Assembly: GCA_964589485.1 (NCBI GenBank)
Contig: CAZPRK010000001.1
Coordinates: forward strand, 1 to 48,368
DNA from: an uncultured Methanosarcinales archaeon
GTDB lineage: Archaea; Nanobdellota; Nanobdellia; Woesearchaeales; CAYSVS01
DNA length: 48,368 bases
Direction of reading: 5' to 3'
The stretch's first letter is position 1; each line of letters opens with the position of its first letter. A program made the translations under genes and the position numbers. Positions 9,623 through 18,987 of the stretch are shown here, one piece after another. The notes beneath the pieces were generated by a model. That model saw only the letters and a program-made list of their open reading frames with translations, had not been told where the DNA came from and searched no databases.

Positions 9623-10101
9623 AAAAACTAATAATAATAATCAGTTGTATATTAATTTTATTAGTTGGATGTCAATTAGAATCTAAAGATTTTGTTAAAT
9701 TTTCAAATACTTTTGAATACTTAATTGAAAACAATGATTTTAAAAATAAAGAATTACAAAATAGTTGGCAATCTCATGATGTTTCTTATGTTGAAATTTC
9801 CGATAAAACAAAACCAAATAATAGAAATATAGTTACCAGTGCAAAATATGATGCTGTTGAGATATATGATTGGTTTGGCATATATTCTAAAGATGAGGTT
9901 GTTAAAATAAAAAATGAAATTATTGATTTAGATTGTGAAACAACCCCTAATACAATAAAATGTGAAAATAAAGAAAATAATGTTATTAAATACGTTTTCA
10001 TGGAAAAAAGCTACATATTTAGAATCTTATGTGTTGGAAATGATTTTAATTCTAGTGATGAAACTTGTGAAAAAATTTATTCTGAAATTAAAAGTAAATA
10101 A
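9619..10101 (+). CDS. Putative lipoprotein (160 aa)
   Basis: MKK, hydrophobic stretch, lipobox LVGC; ATGA-coupled to the upstream gene. Confidence 0.7.
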   Translation: MKKLIIIISCILILLVGCQLESKDFVKFSNTFEYLIENNDFKNKELQNSWQSHDVSYVEISDKTKPNNRNIVTSAKYDAVEIYDWFGIYSKDEVVKIKNEIIDLDCETTPNTIKCENKENNVIKYVFMEKSYIFRILCVGNDFNSSDETCEKIYSEIKSK

Positions 10102-10112
10102 GTTTTATATAT
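10098..10112 (+). promoter_or_regulatory. Putative TATA box for a leaderless acyltransferase transcript
   Basis: ATAAGTTTTATATAT ends about 22 nt before ATG 10134; no RBS present. Confidence 0.4.
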
Positions 10113-10133
10113 ATTCTTTAAAAACTAATTAAA

Positions 10134-11147
10134 ATGCAAGAAATAGATAGTAAATATATGAAATTAAAAAAAAAGGGTTTTATTTTCAAAGGAGTTCTTA
10201 GAGAAATGTTTGAAGAAGTTATAATTGAGGATAGTAATTTAAAAGAAAACGATAGAACTAAAGTTTATGTTCCAAATCACAAAAGCCTGCTTGATTTTAT
10301 TTTTTTAAGCAATTATTTTCTTGAGAAAGGTAAGCCACCTTATATTATAGGTGGGTCTAATTTATTAATCCCAGGAATAACTAGTAACCCAGCTTTACTA
10401 GTCAATTTAGAAAAATGTGGTTTGATTAGAATGCCTCGTAATTTCAGAAAACAAAGGGAAGAAGGAACTCGATTCACTAAAGATCTTACAGAAATTTTAG
10501 AAAAAGGAGAAGATTTCATGGTTTTTGCAGAAGGAGGAAGAAGTTACGAAGGTGAAATGAAAGAGCTTAAAGATGGCATTTTAAAGAAAATTTTCAATGG
10601 AAAACAATTTGAAGTTGTTCCTATAAGTTTATCATATGAAGTAGTAGCAGAAGCAAAATTATTCCCCGGGCATAAAGGTCTAAAAAGAATGACAAAATAT
10701 GCAGGAACAATTATTATGTTAAAAGATTTATTTGCATTTGGAACACATTATTTTTCTGAAAACAAAGGAAATTTGTATATAGATTTCGGAGAATCGGAAT
10801 TAGTTTCTGAGCATGAAAACCACCAAAGTCTTTGCAAAAAATTACATGAAACAATGGCAAAGAATGTAAGAGTTACTGCAACTTCATTAGTAGCTTATTC
10901 CATGACAGAAGAACCTGAAACTATAGAAGAATTATATAAAATAGTTGAAGAAAAATTACAAACGTTATCTAATAAACCTATGGCGCAAAACATTAAAGAA
11001 ATGTCTGTAAAAGAAATAACAGATAGAGGTTTACAATTCTTAGCAGCAGTAAAAGATAAACAAGGAAAACCAAGCGTTAAAGAGCATTTATTTTCATACT
11101 ACGCAAGTCATATCCAACATTATTTCATGTCACCAAGAACTTCTTGA
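10134..11147 (+). CDS. Glycerolipid acyltransferase, PlsC/GPAT (LPLAT) superfamily (337 aa)
   Basis: Block I YVPNHKSLLDF (NHx4D), block III FAEGGRS, block IV VVPISLSY, and 'YIDFGE'. Confidence 0.88.
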   Translation: MQEIDSKYMKLKKKGFIFKGVLREMFEEVIIEDSNLKENDRTKVYVPNHKSLLDFIFLSNYFLEKGKPPYIIGGSNLLIPGITSNPALLVNLEKCGLIRMPRNFRKQREEGTRFTKDLTEILEKGEDFMVFAEGGRSYEGEMKELKDGILKKIFNGKQFEVVPISLSYEVVAEAKLFPGHKGLKRMTKYAGTIIMLKDLFAFGTHYFSENKGNLYIDFGESELVSEHENHQSLCKKLHETMAKNVRVTATSLVAYSMTEEPETIEELYKIVEEKLQTLSNKPMAQNIKEMSVKEITDRGLQFLAAVKDKQGKPSVKEHLFSYYASHIQHYFMSPRTS

Positions 11148-11836
11148 GCAGCTTTAACTCTATCTTCTGCATTAGTAATAGCTCTTCCTATTACCAATAT
11201 AGTTGATCCTGCCCTTACAGCATTCCCTGGTGTAAAAACTCTTTTCTGGTCACTTCCTGCATCAGTTACAGGGCCCTTAACACCAGGTGTAACATACATA
11301 AAACCACTTGGTAATTTATCTTTAACATAATTTAAATCAGCTGCACTACAAACAATTCCATTAGCTCCACTTTCATTACTTAAAGTAGCTAAATGTAAAA
11401 CTTGTTCTTCTACTGGTCCATTAACTTTTAATTCAGTATTCATAATTTCTTGATTAATCGAAGTTAATACAGTAACACAAATCAATTTTGGTTTTCTTAA
11501 ATTAAATTTTTCAGAAGCTTCATTAATCCCAGAAACTGCAGCTTTAATCATTTCACTTCCACCTGATGCATGTACATTAAACATGTAAACTCCAAGTTTA
11601 GTTGCAGAATAAGCTGCATCTTTTACAGTGTTAGGAATATCATTATATTTCAAGTCAAGAAAAACTTCTCCGCCAATTGAATGAATCAATTTAACAACTT
11701 CAGGACCAAATTTAGTAAAACTTCCTTTACCAATTTTATACATCCCTACGTAATCTTTTAATTCAGAAACTAAAGCTCTAACTTCTTCTAAATTTTCTAA
11801 GTTATCTAGTGCTAAACAAACCTTTTCCTTCATCAT
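11120..11836 (-). CDS. pyrF: Orotidine 5'-phosphate decarboxylase
   Basis: CLALD, KIG, FLDLKYNDIPNT, NVHASGG, VTPGV, DQKRVFTP, VIGRAIT. Confidence 0.97.
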   Translation of the reverse strand: MMKEKVCLALDNLENLEEVRALVSELKDYVGMYKIGKGSFTKFGPEVVKLIHSIGGEVFLDLKYNDIPNTVKDAAYSATKLGVYMFNVHASGGSEMIKAAVSGINEASEKFNLRKPKLICVTVLTSINQEIMNTELKVNGPVEEQVLHLATLSNESGANGIVCSAADLNYVKDKLPSGFMYVTPGVKGPVTDAGSDQKRVFTPGNAVRAGSTILVIGRAITNAEDRVKAAQEVLGDMK

Positions 11837-13140
11837 AATAACCTCGTTGCCATATTTGCTAAAGCAAAAATAAAATCATCAGCATACATACTTTTTAAAG
11901 TATGAAGCATAACATTTCTTCCATTAACAATTTCAAAAAGTTCTGCTCTTTCATCAACTGAATGACTTTTTCCATTTCCTGGAACAAACAATAAACCAGA
12001 TGGAATACCTAAATTAGCAAAAACAGCCAAATCATGCCCTGGGCCAGATATCATTTCTTCACTTTTTAATTCCAAAGTTTCACAAGCTTGAACTGTATAA
12101 TTCATAATTTTAGAATCTAATTTGGGAATAGGTGTTCCCCTACTTGCAACTTCAAGAGTATAATTCATTCTTTTTTTTTCTACATGAGCTTTTACAAGTT
12201 TGTTTACTAGTAAATCCACAGAATTCAACATATCATCACTTATACTTCTAATATCCATAAAAATATTATACTCTTCAGGAACTTTAGCAGTACTATGTAG
12301 TTTAGAATTAGTCCCAGTCATTGTTGAAGACCAAACTAAGTCCTCACCATGACTATACCAATCTAAAAAATCATTTATAGCTACTTTAATCTGACTACCT
12401 AATAAATCAGCATCTTTTCTTAATTCCATAGGTTGTCCACCAGAATGTGCAGCTTCACCTATAATTTTAATTTTATATCTTAATGGAGCTCTTAATCCAG
12501 TAACAATACCAATATCTAGATCCTTTTCTAATAAATACCCAGACTGCTCTATATGTGCTTCTAAGTAAGTAGTAATATTTTCAATATTAATTGTAGAAGT
12601 ACATTTTCGAATCATTCCTGTATTGTAACCTTGAGATTCAATTGCATCTTTTAATGTTATTGGATTAATTTTCCCTTCCAAATTTAATAGTTCTGGATTT
12701 AATTTTCCAACACTTGCTAAGGCGCCCATTAATGCCTGTCCATATTGAGTAGATTTTTCTCCTCTAAATGCACCAACTACAACATTTGGGAATACATTTT
12801 CTTTACTTTCTTTAATATATTTCAAAACTTCTAGCCCAACTATAACGCCTAAAACTCCATCGTAAGTTCCCCCACCATTTATACTATCTAAATGAGAACC
12901 AATTAAAACACTCGGCTCACTAAACATATCTTCTCCTGCTGTAATAAATAAATTACCAACAGAATCTATTTTGGGTCTTAATCCATAACTATCTGCAATT
13001 CCACTAATCAATTCATGCATTTGAGTTTCTTCATCACTCCATGCTAATCTCCTAAATCCATGTTCTATTCCATCACCTAAGTTACCAATTGACATCATAG
13101 GTTCAATATATAATTTTTCTATACGTTCAGTTAACTCCAT
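11833..13140 (-). CDS. M20-family Zn amidohydrolase (hydantoinase/carbamoylase, allantoate amidohydrolase-like)
   Basis: RLAWS, DSVGN, GSHLDS..GG.YDG.LG, EAHIEQ, AHSGGQPM..RKDA, SGPGHD, GKSHSVDE. The EE motif reads EK. Confidence 0.9.
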   Translation of the reverse strand: MELTERIEKLYIEPMMSIGNLGDGIEHGFRRLAWSDEETQMHELISGIADSYGLRPKIDSVGNLFITAGEDMFSEPSVLIGSHLDSINGGGTYDGVLGVIVGLEVLKYIKESKENVFPNVVVGAFRGEKSTQYGQALMGALASVGKLNPELLNLEGKINPITLKDAIESQGYNTGMIRKCTSTINIENITTYLEAHIEQSGYLLEKDLDIGIVTGLRAPLRYKIKIIGEAAHSGGQPMELRKDADLLGSQIKVAINDFLDWYSHGEDLVWSSTMTGTNSKLHSTAKVPEEYNIFMDIRSISDDMLNSVDLLVNKLVKAHVEKKRMNYTLEVASRGTPIPKLDSKIMNYTVQACETLELKSEEMISGPGHDLAVFANLGIPSGLLFVPGNGKSHSVDERAELFEIVNGRNVMLHTLKSMYADDFIFALANMATRLL

Positions 13141-15544
13141 TTTCTATAACCTCTTTAATATCCAAATCAACTCCAAACTTTTCTTTTACAGCAGAATACA
13201 ATTCATCCAACTTCCCATTTTTATCTAAATATTCTCCATATAATTTTAAAAATTTCTTAGCTCTATCTAATTTCCCTTTAGCTGGATCAAATTCATCAAC
13301 TAAATCTAATGCTCCATTTTCAGAAAGGTAACTATGATGCCATTTTAAAGGATCACGTAAATAAAATAAATTTCTGTCAACATTATCACTATATTCATTC
13401 AAAAAATCTTCATTTATTTCAACAAAGGAATGTAAATTAACCCCTATTTTATCTAACCTATCATCTTTTTGCATTCTATCTGCAACAGCAACAACATCTT
13501 GAACATTAATTCCTTTATTTCTTAACATTGGAACCCAACCTTTTTCCATATTATCTTCAATACGAAACACACTAGAAGCCAATGTAATTAAATCAACTAT
13601 ATGAACCGCATTAGTCCCTTCAACTAAATCTCCAAAACTCCCATCTGGCATTATAACTTCTAATTTATCTTTTTCCCCAGTTTGTTTGTATAATGAAATA
13701 TGTGGAAGACCTAAAACTTTAGCAACAGGTCCAGAAAAAATCCAATCTCTTCTTTGTCCACCAGAAATAGCCCAAGGTTGAGGTTTCTTAGATAAAATTT
13801 CTTTCGCCTTACTAGATAAAATTTGAATTACTTTTGCAAAATCTAAATCATCCATCATCGCAATACAATGATTAATCATACCTAAACTATCTTCTCCATA
13901 ATCTTTAAATTTCCCACCATCTCTACATAATTTTTCAGTATTATTATAATATATACCTAATTCACCAGATGTAAAAATAACAGGTTTATCTAAATCTTTA
14001 AATGCTCCAGTTTCAAGTAATTTATTTTTTAAAAAATCTAAATCATTCTCAATCATTCCTTTTGGAAGATTTTTAATATATTCATTAATTTCTAAAACCT
14101 TAATTTTTCTATTTCTAATTTCATATTTCTGTCTACAATATCTACATTTAATTCCATTATCAAAATAAAATTTAGGAGGTACATCTTCCTTTATATCTCT
14201 TACAATACAATTACTATTTCTACATAAAAGATAAACAAATTTATCTATAACTTTTCCATTTTTAATTACATTAATTGTAGGTTCATTTGAAATAATAGAA
14301 ATACTTTTTAGTTCTCTTTCTGAAACATTCTCCATATTAGTTTTCAAAAAACTTTTACCTTCAAACTCAGAAGTAGGTGGCAAATGTGCAGGCATCGAAA
14401 CATATCCTTTATCTGCTAAACTTAATTTTGCAGCAATTTCAAATGCAGCCCCATATTCTAAATGATCAATGGAAAGACCTTCATTTAAATTATCTATAAA
14501 CAAACCTTCCTTTACTTTTTCATCAATTTTACGTTGTAATTTATTATTTCCATATAATAAATCTGAACTTAATTCTGAATCAAAAATAGTATATTCAGTA
14601 TTATTAAGAATTTCAAATAATAAAGCTTTACGCGTAAAAATTCCATTTTCAGCTTGAACTAAAAAACCTTGTGAATTTGAAAAGTAAACTTCATTTTCAA
14701 TTTCTTCCAATTCAGAATTAACAGGCATAGGATGTAATAATTTTCCATTAAAATTTTTAATTTTTTCAGCATCAATTTTATATTTTTTAATCATTCTCAT
14801 TATCTGACTATTATCAACACCCTTCATTCTCTCTAATTGAGGTCTAGTCATATAATAAAAATCAACATTTTCAAGAACTTCTTCAACATTATTATGTCGT
14901 ATTACTTTCACTCCTCTTAATTCTAATAAATCAATTAACTCTTGTGGCAGGCCTAAAAAATCTTCAGCTGCCCAATGAATAGATATATCTTTAAAATGAG
15001 ACAATAATAAACTTAAAGATCTTACAGTTCTCCCATGACTTAAATCTCCTCCAAATCCAATCTTAAGTCCATCTAAAACGCCATTATTATAAGAATATAA
15101 AGTAAAAATATCTAACAAAGATTGAGTTGGATGTTCATTCTTCCCATCTCCTCCATTAATTACAGGAATTTTTGCAACATCTGCTGCCCACTGAACACTT
15201 CCATCTATTGGATTTCTCATTACTATAACATCAAAATGATTTGCTTCCATCATTTTCACTGTATCCATTATAGATTCATTTTTTTTTACAGAAGTTCCAT
15301 CAACTCCAGAAAAACCATCTCTTTTCCCACCTAACTGGCTCATTGCCGTATCGAAACTTAATTTAGTTCTTGTACTAGGTTCATAAAACATATAAGCCAT
15401 TTTTTTATTTTTCAAAGAAGAACTCAACCCATATCTGTTATTTGATTTTTCAAGTTGTTTCATTTCATTTGCTTTATTACACAAATATAAAATTTGTTCA
15501 GAATTTAAATCTGAAATTGAAATTATATCTTTTTTTTCAAACAA
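13127..15544 (-). CDS. pyrB: Fusion of aspartate carbamoyltransferase catalytic chain, PyrI-like regulatory/Zn domain and orotate PRTase-like domain (805 aa)
   Basis: PyrB: FYEPSTRT, HPTQSLLD, GDLSHGRTVRSL, YMTRPQLER, HPMP. PyrI-like: 'GLSIDHL', CRNSNCI...CRYC. PyrE-like: FTSGELGIYY, ISGGQRRDWIFS, HIVDLITLASS. Confidence 0.9.
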   Translation of the reverse strand: MFEKKDIISISDLNSEQILYLCNKANEMKQLEKSNNRYGLSSSLKNKKMAYMFYEPSTRTKLSFDTAMSQLGGKRDGFSGVDGTSVKKNESIMDTVKMMEANHFDVIVMRNPIDGSVQWAADVAKIPVINGGDGKNEHPTQSLLDIFTLYSYNNGVLDGLKIGFGGDLSHGRTVRSLSLLLSHFKDISIHWAAEDFLGLPQELIDLLELRGVKVIRHNNVEEVLENVDFYYMTRPQLERMKGVDNSQIMRMIKKYKIDAEKIKNFNGKLLHPMPVNSELEEIENEVYFSNSQGFLVQAENGIFTRKALLFEILNNTEYTIFDSELSSDLLYGNNKLQRKIDEKVKEGLFIDNLNEGLSIDHLEYGAAFEIAAKLSLADKGYVSMPAHLPPTSEFEGKSFLKTNMENVSERELKSISIISNEPTINVIKNGKVIDKFVYLLCRNSNCIVRDIKEDVPPKFYFDNGIKCRYCRQKYEIRNRKIKVLEINEYIKNLPKGMIENDLDFLKNKLLETGAFKDLDKPVIFTSGELGIYYNNTEKLCRDGGKFKDYGEDSLGMINHCIAMMDDLDFAKVIQILSSKAKEILSKKPQPWAISGGQRRDWIFSGPVAKVLGLPHISLYKQTGEKDKLEVIMPDGSFGDLVEGTNAVHIVDLITLASSVFRIEDNMEKGWVPMLRNKGINVQDVVAVADRMQKDDRLDKIGVNLHSFVEINEDFLNEYSDNVDRNLFYLRDPLKWHHSYLSENGALDLVDEFDPAKGKLDRAKKFLKLYGEYLDKNGKLDELYSAVKEKFGVDLDIKEVIENGVN

Positions 15545-15546
15545 CT

Positions 15547-16521
15547 TTATGCACCTAAATTTTTCAATTCTTGATCAGGACTTGGATTAATGTCAACTTC
15601 TTGTACATTAAACTCAACTCTATCAAACATAACATTTCTTTTTACTCTTCCCTTTAAACCAACAATTAACCCTAAAACTTCATTTTTTAAAGTTTCAAAT
15701 TCATTCAAATTATCTTTATAAAATAAAAGTTCAGTTGAATTTTTTGATAATAACTTTTCTGCTAATTCACCAAAAAAAACACAACGTATAGTTTCAGTTC
15801 CATCATCTAAAACTGAATTTAACACAGATGAAAAAATAGGCGTAATTTCTCCATGTTCATCACAAACATATCGTTGAGATTCTTGTGCCCGAGTTCTTCT
15901 TCTACAATTAGGACAAACTTCAAAAAATCTAGGTTCAAATAATTGAACTAAAGTTCCTAATATTTCTACATTAAACTCTTCATCTTTAATTTCATTAATT
16001 TTTTTTCTCTTTGATTCATTCTTAATTTCTTCAACTGTTTCCCCTTCAGGGTTTACCATTATTTCAGAATTATCATTAATATGAATTTCTTTTCTACCTA
16101 CATTATCTTTAATATATCCATCTTTTACTAATAAAATGTCTCCTTCATTAAAAGTATCTAATTTTTTAACATAATCATTCCAAAATACAAGACGTGTAAA
16201 TCCAGATTCATCTGAAGCAAAAACATTTGCAACTTTTCCTTGCCTATCATTTTTATTAAATTCTCTAGGTTCAAATTTTTTAGTTACTCGTAAAACTACT
16301 TCAAAATGTTTCATTCCAGGAACCATATTAGTTACTTTAATCCTTGAACCTTGCTCAATTACAACTTTAACTCCTAATTCATTTGCAATAATATGACATG
16401 CTCCTTGCTCAGAAACAAGCCCAGATAATTGTTCAATTTTTTTCTCAATCTTAGAATTTAACTCTTCCTCGGTGATGTGTGCTTCTTTTATTATTTTTTG
16501 CTTCATATCTAAAATTAACAT
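15547..16521 (-). CDS. rpa: Archaeal replication protein A (OB folds plus Zn finger)
   Basis: N-terminal 'LSGLVSEQGACHIIANELG'; OB fold GKVANV..SDESG..RLVFW; CPNC...CDEHG Zn site; LDDGTETIRCVFF. ATG 16521 follows a GGGGGT RBS (ORF track starts at TTG 16533). Confidence 0.9.
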   Translation of the reverse strand: MLILDMKQKIIKEAHITEEELNSKIEKKIEQLSGLVSEQGACHIIANELGVKVVIEQGSRIKVTNMVPGMKHFEVVLRVTKKFEPREFNKNDRQGKVANVFASDESGFTRLVFWNDYVKKLDTFNEGDILLVKDGYIKDNVGRKEIHINDNSEIMVNPEGETVEEIKNESKRKKINEIKDEEFNVEILGTLVQLFEPRFFEVCPNCRRRTRAQESQRYVCDEHGEITPIFSSVLNSVLDDGTETIRCVFFGELAEKLLSKNSTELLFYKDNLNEFETLKNEVLGLIVGLKGRVKRNVMFDRVEFNVQEVDINPSPDQELKNLGA

Positions 16522-16551
16522 AAAAACCCCCAATAAAAGATTAAAATTCGA

Positions 16552-16566
16552 TTTTAAATAGTTTGC
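16552..16566 (-). promoter_or_regulatory. Putative BRE-TATA promoter for the rpa-pyr genes
   Basis: Minus strand GCAAACTATTTAAAA in the short intergenic region upstream of rpa. Confidence 0.45.
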
Positions 16567-18545
16567 TATACTTTAGTATCTAATATTCTAGAATACTCTT
16601 CAATATTAGAAGGTTTTTCTTCATTTCCTTGAAGATATACACCATAACAATCAGCTTCAGGAACATTAAAGTTCTTACTTTCAGAAGTTGCCATATTTCC
16701 TAAAATAAGAGGTTTCTTATCAAACATACTATCACATTCACCATAATAAAGATTAACTTTTAATTCTGTTTCTTTAATACTGCTAGAATCTACATTCCTA
16801 GTAGGTGAAATTACAGTTAACCCACCATATATATAAGTTATTAAAGGTTTTTCTGGGGACAAATCATCTATTGATTTAACTTTAACATAATCATTATTAC
16901 TATTTTCGGAAATAACTTTTACATAATAATCAATATTATCTTCAACTTCTAATTCAAATTTACTTTTTTCTAATTTAACTATTGTAGGTTCAATATCTAA
17001 ATTTTTAGTATAATGTAAATAATAATCTAAATCATCATAATCAAAAGTAACTTCAAGTGAATTTTCTGCATTTATTTTATCTTCAACTTTAAAACCAACT
17101 TTTTGTAAATTACTTAATTCTAATGCAAATTTATATTCATTACTTAATAAATCAGTTGAACAAAACTTATACACATTCCCTTTATTTTCATACTTCCCTT
17201 TACAATCCCAATATAATGCATTTTTTTTCACACAATTTAATTTATTCTTTGCTTTTCCACATTCATCTAAAATGATAATTGATCTTTTTTTAATATTATC
17301 TAAATATTTAATAAAATCAAAAACTTTAATTTTAACATTAGGTTTTACTTCATATACACCTGAAATTTCACGTTGAGTTGTTTTTTTATCTAACTCAATA
17401 GTTGCTTCTCCTGTAATTTTATTTCCTTGAAAACTAGTCATTATTCTTCTATGTAATTTAATCAATTTATTAGAATATTCGGAATCAGTAGCGTATCCTC
17501 CTTTATGAATTTCAATAAACATCCTTTCAGATGAATCTAAATAATTCATTGCCCCAGAATATCTTTTAAAAGAACTGATTAAGGTAGCATAATCATAAAT
17601 AGACTCACAATAATTATTATAAGCTCTAAATTTTGCTTTCACTAAACAATCATCCTTTCCAAAAGAACATTTATATTTTTTCTGATTACAATCAATTATA
17701 AAATCTTTATTTTTTTCTTGTTGACTTGAAGAATAACATTCATGGGTTTCTCTCAAACTACAACCATTTGTTCCTTCTTTTTTTGAAGTACATTTATATC
17801 CAAACAAATTATAAGCAAAAGTTTCATCAAATTTAGATTGTTTAGTTGCTAATTGACTTCTACCCCATCCACTTTCATGTATAGCTTGTGTTAATGCAAC
17901 ATCCCACGGAACTTTAGTTTCCTTTTGAACATCCAATAAACAACCACCAATTCCAACCAAAGGACTGTTTTCTGATTTTAAAAATCTATCAATTGCATTA
18001 TTACTAGGAATAAAATCAATTTGAACAGGAATATCATTTTTAATATATTCTTTATCAATTTCAGATAAATATTTCATTAAATTTAATGGTTTACCTAAAG
18101 GAAACCGTAAATCATCTTGCGCAATTGCAATCATGTTTAATTGATTTTCAGAATCATATACAAAGTCAATATGGTAATTAGGAGGTGAAGCAATAGGATA
18201 ATTTTTCAAATATTGATTAAATTTTTTACTTACTAAAATAGACATTTTTTGTTTAATATTATTAGGAAAACAATTATTTAGTTTATTAAAACCATCAATT
18301 TTTCCACAATCACTTTGTTGATATAACTCAATTAAACTTTCTTCAAATGCAAATTTAGCAGCAACATCAAAATATAATAAAATATTTTCACTTTTTTGAA
18401 CAGTGTCAAGTACTGCTAATTGTATTTCTCCAATGTAAGAACTTTGAACTTGATGTTTAGGTGAAGCTATCAACAATATTGCTAATGCAGCCATAACACT
18501 AAGAACTACAATTATTAAAGTCATACCTCCTTTTTTATTCATCAT
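16566..18545 (-). CDS. Class III signal (prepilin-like) protein carrying a GH73/FlgJ-type peptidoglycan hydrolase domain and C-terminal beta-sandwich domains
   Basis: MNKKG|GMTLIIVVL N-terminus. GH73 motifs: ALTQAIHESGWGRS, YNLFGYK, TxE, FRAY..Y.ESI.DY, KRY, GGYATD.EY..KL. Confidence 0.9.
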   Translation of the reverse strand: MMNKKGGMTLIIVVLSVMAALAILLIASPKHQVQSSYIGEIQLAVLDTVQKSENILLYFDVAAKFAFEESLIELYQQSDCGKIDGFNKLNNCFPNNIKQKMSILVSKKFNQYLKNYPIASPPNYHIDFVYDSENQLNMIAIAQDDLRFPLGKPLNLMKYLSEIDKEYIKNDIPVQIDFIPSNNAIDRFLKSENSPLVGIGGCLLDVQKETKVPWDVALTQAIHESGWGRSQLATKQSKFDETFAYNLFGYKCTSKKEGTNGCSLRETHECYSSSQQEKNKDFIIDCNQKKYKCSFGKDDCLVKAKFRAYNNYCESIYDYATLISSFKRYSGAMNYLDSSERMFIEIHKGGYATDSEYSNKLIKLHRRIMTSFQGNKITGEATIELDKKTTQREISGVYEVKPNVKIKVFDFIKYLDNIKKRSIIILDECGKAKNKLNCVKKNALYWDCKGKYENKGNVYKFCSTDLLSNEYKFALELSNLQKVGFKVEDKINAENSLEVTFDYDDLDYYLHYTKNLDIEPTIVKLEKSKFELEVEDNIDYYVKVISENSNNDYVKVKSIDDLSPEKPLITYIYGGLTVISPTRNVDSSSIKETELKVNLYYGECDSMFDKKPLILGNMATSESKNFNVPEADCYGVYLQGNEEKPSNIEEYSRILDTKV

Positions 18546-18987
18546 CCACACATCCTTTCTGTTTAAACAAATTTAAAATTAACAAATCATTACTTCCTTT
18601 TATTGGTAAAGTTACACTTGCAGTTTTTATGCTATTTGGACAATTAAAATTATTTTTCCATAATATTTTTTGTTTTTCTTCATTCTTGTATATTGTTAAT
18701 TGCCAATTTTGTTGATAAAATGTAGATTTAAAAAAATCACTTGCATTAATATGAAAATATTCATAATTATCATTTTCAACACTACTATAAATTAAATCAA
18801 TATTCTGTCTTGAAAATTCTCTTAAAATTTCTTGATATTCAATGTCAGTAACTATATTTTCAGTATTTTCATTAATATTAATTTGTTTAACTTCCTGAAA
18901 CCCCATAAAAGAAAATAATAAAATCATTAACAAAATAACTGAAACTACTATTTCCACAATATCATAAGTAATTGCTTTTTTATTCAT
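18535..18987 (-). CDS. Class III signal peptide (pilin-like) protein (150 aa)
   Basis: MNKKA|ITYDIVEIVVSVILLMILL; GAGGTGA RBS; overlaps neighbours. Confidence 0.8.
   Translation of the reverse strand: MNKKAITYDIVEIVVSVILLMILLFSFMGFQEVKQININENTENIVTDIEYQEILREFSRQNIDLIYSSVENDNYEYFHINASDFFKSTFYQQNWQLTIYKNEEKQKILWKNNFNCPNSIKTASVTLPIKGSNDLLILNLFKQKGCVDDE

Noticed and set aside
6044..10001. Minus-strand ORFs 6044..6274, 6287..6496, 7164..7355, 8479..8736, 8947..9444, 9786..10001
   Set aside because: Antisense shadows of well-supported plus-strand genes, with no motifs
16566..18545. Calling the GH73 gene flgJ of a bacterial flagellum or a phage endolysin
   Set aside because: No rod-binding domain, flagellar genes, holin or virion genes; the context is archaeal with a class III leader
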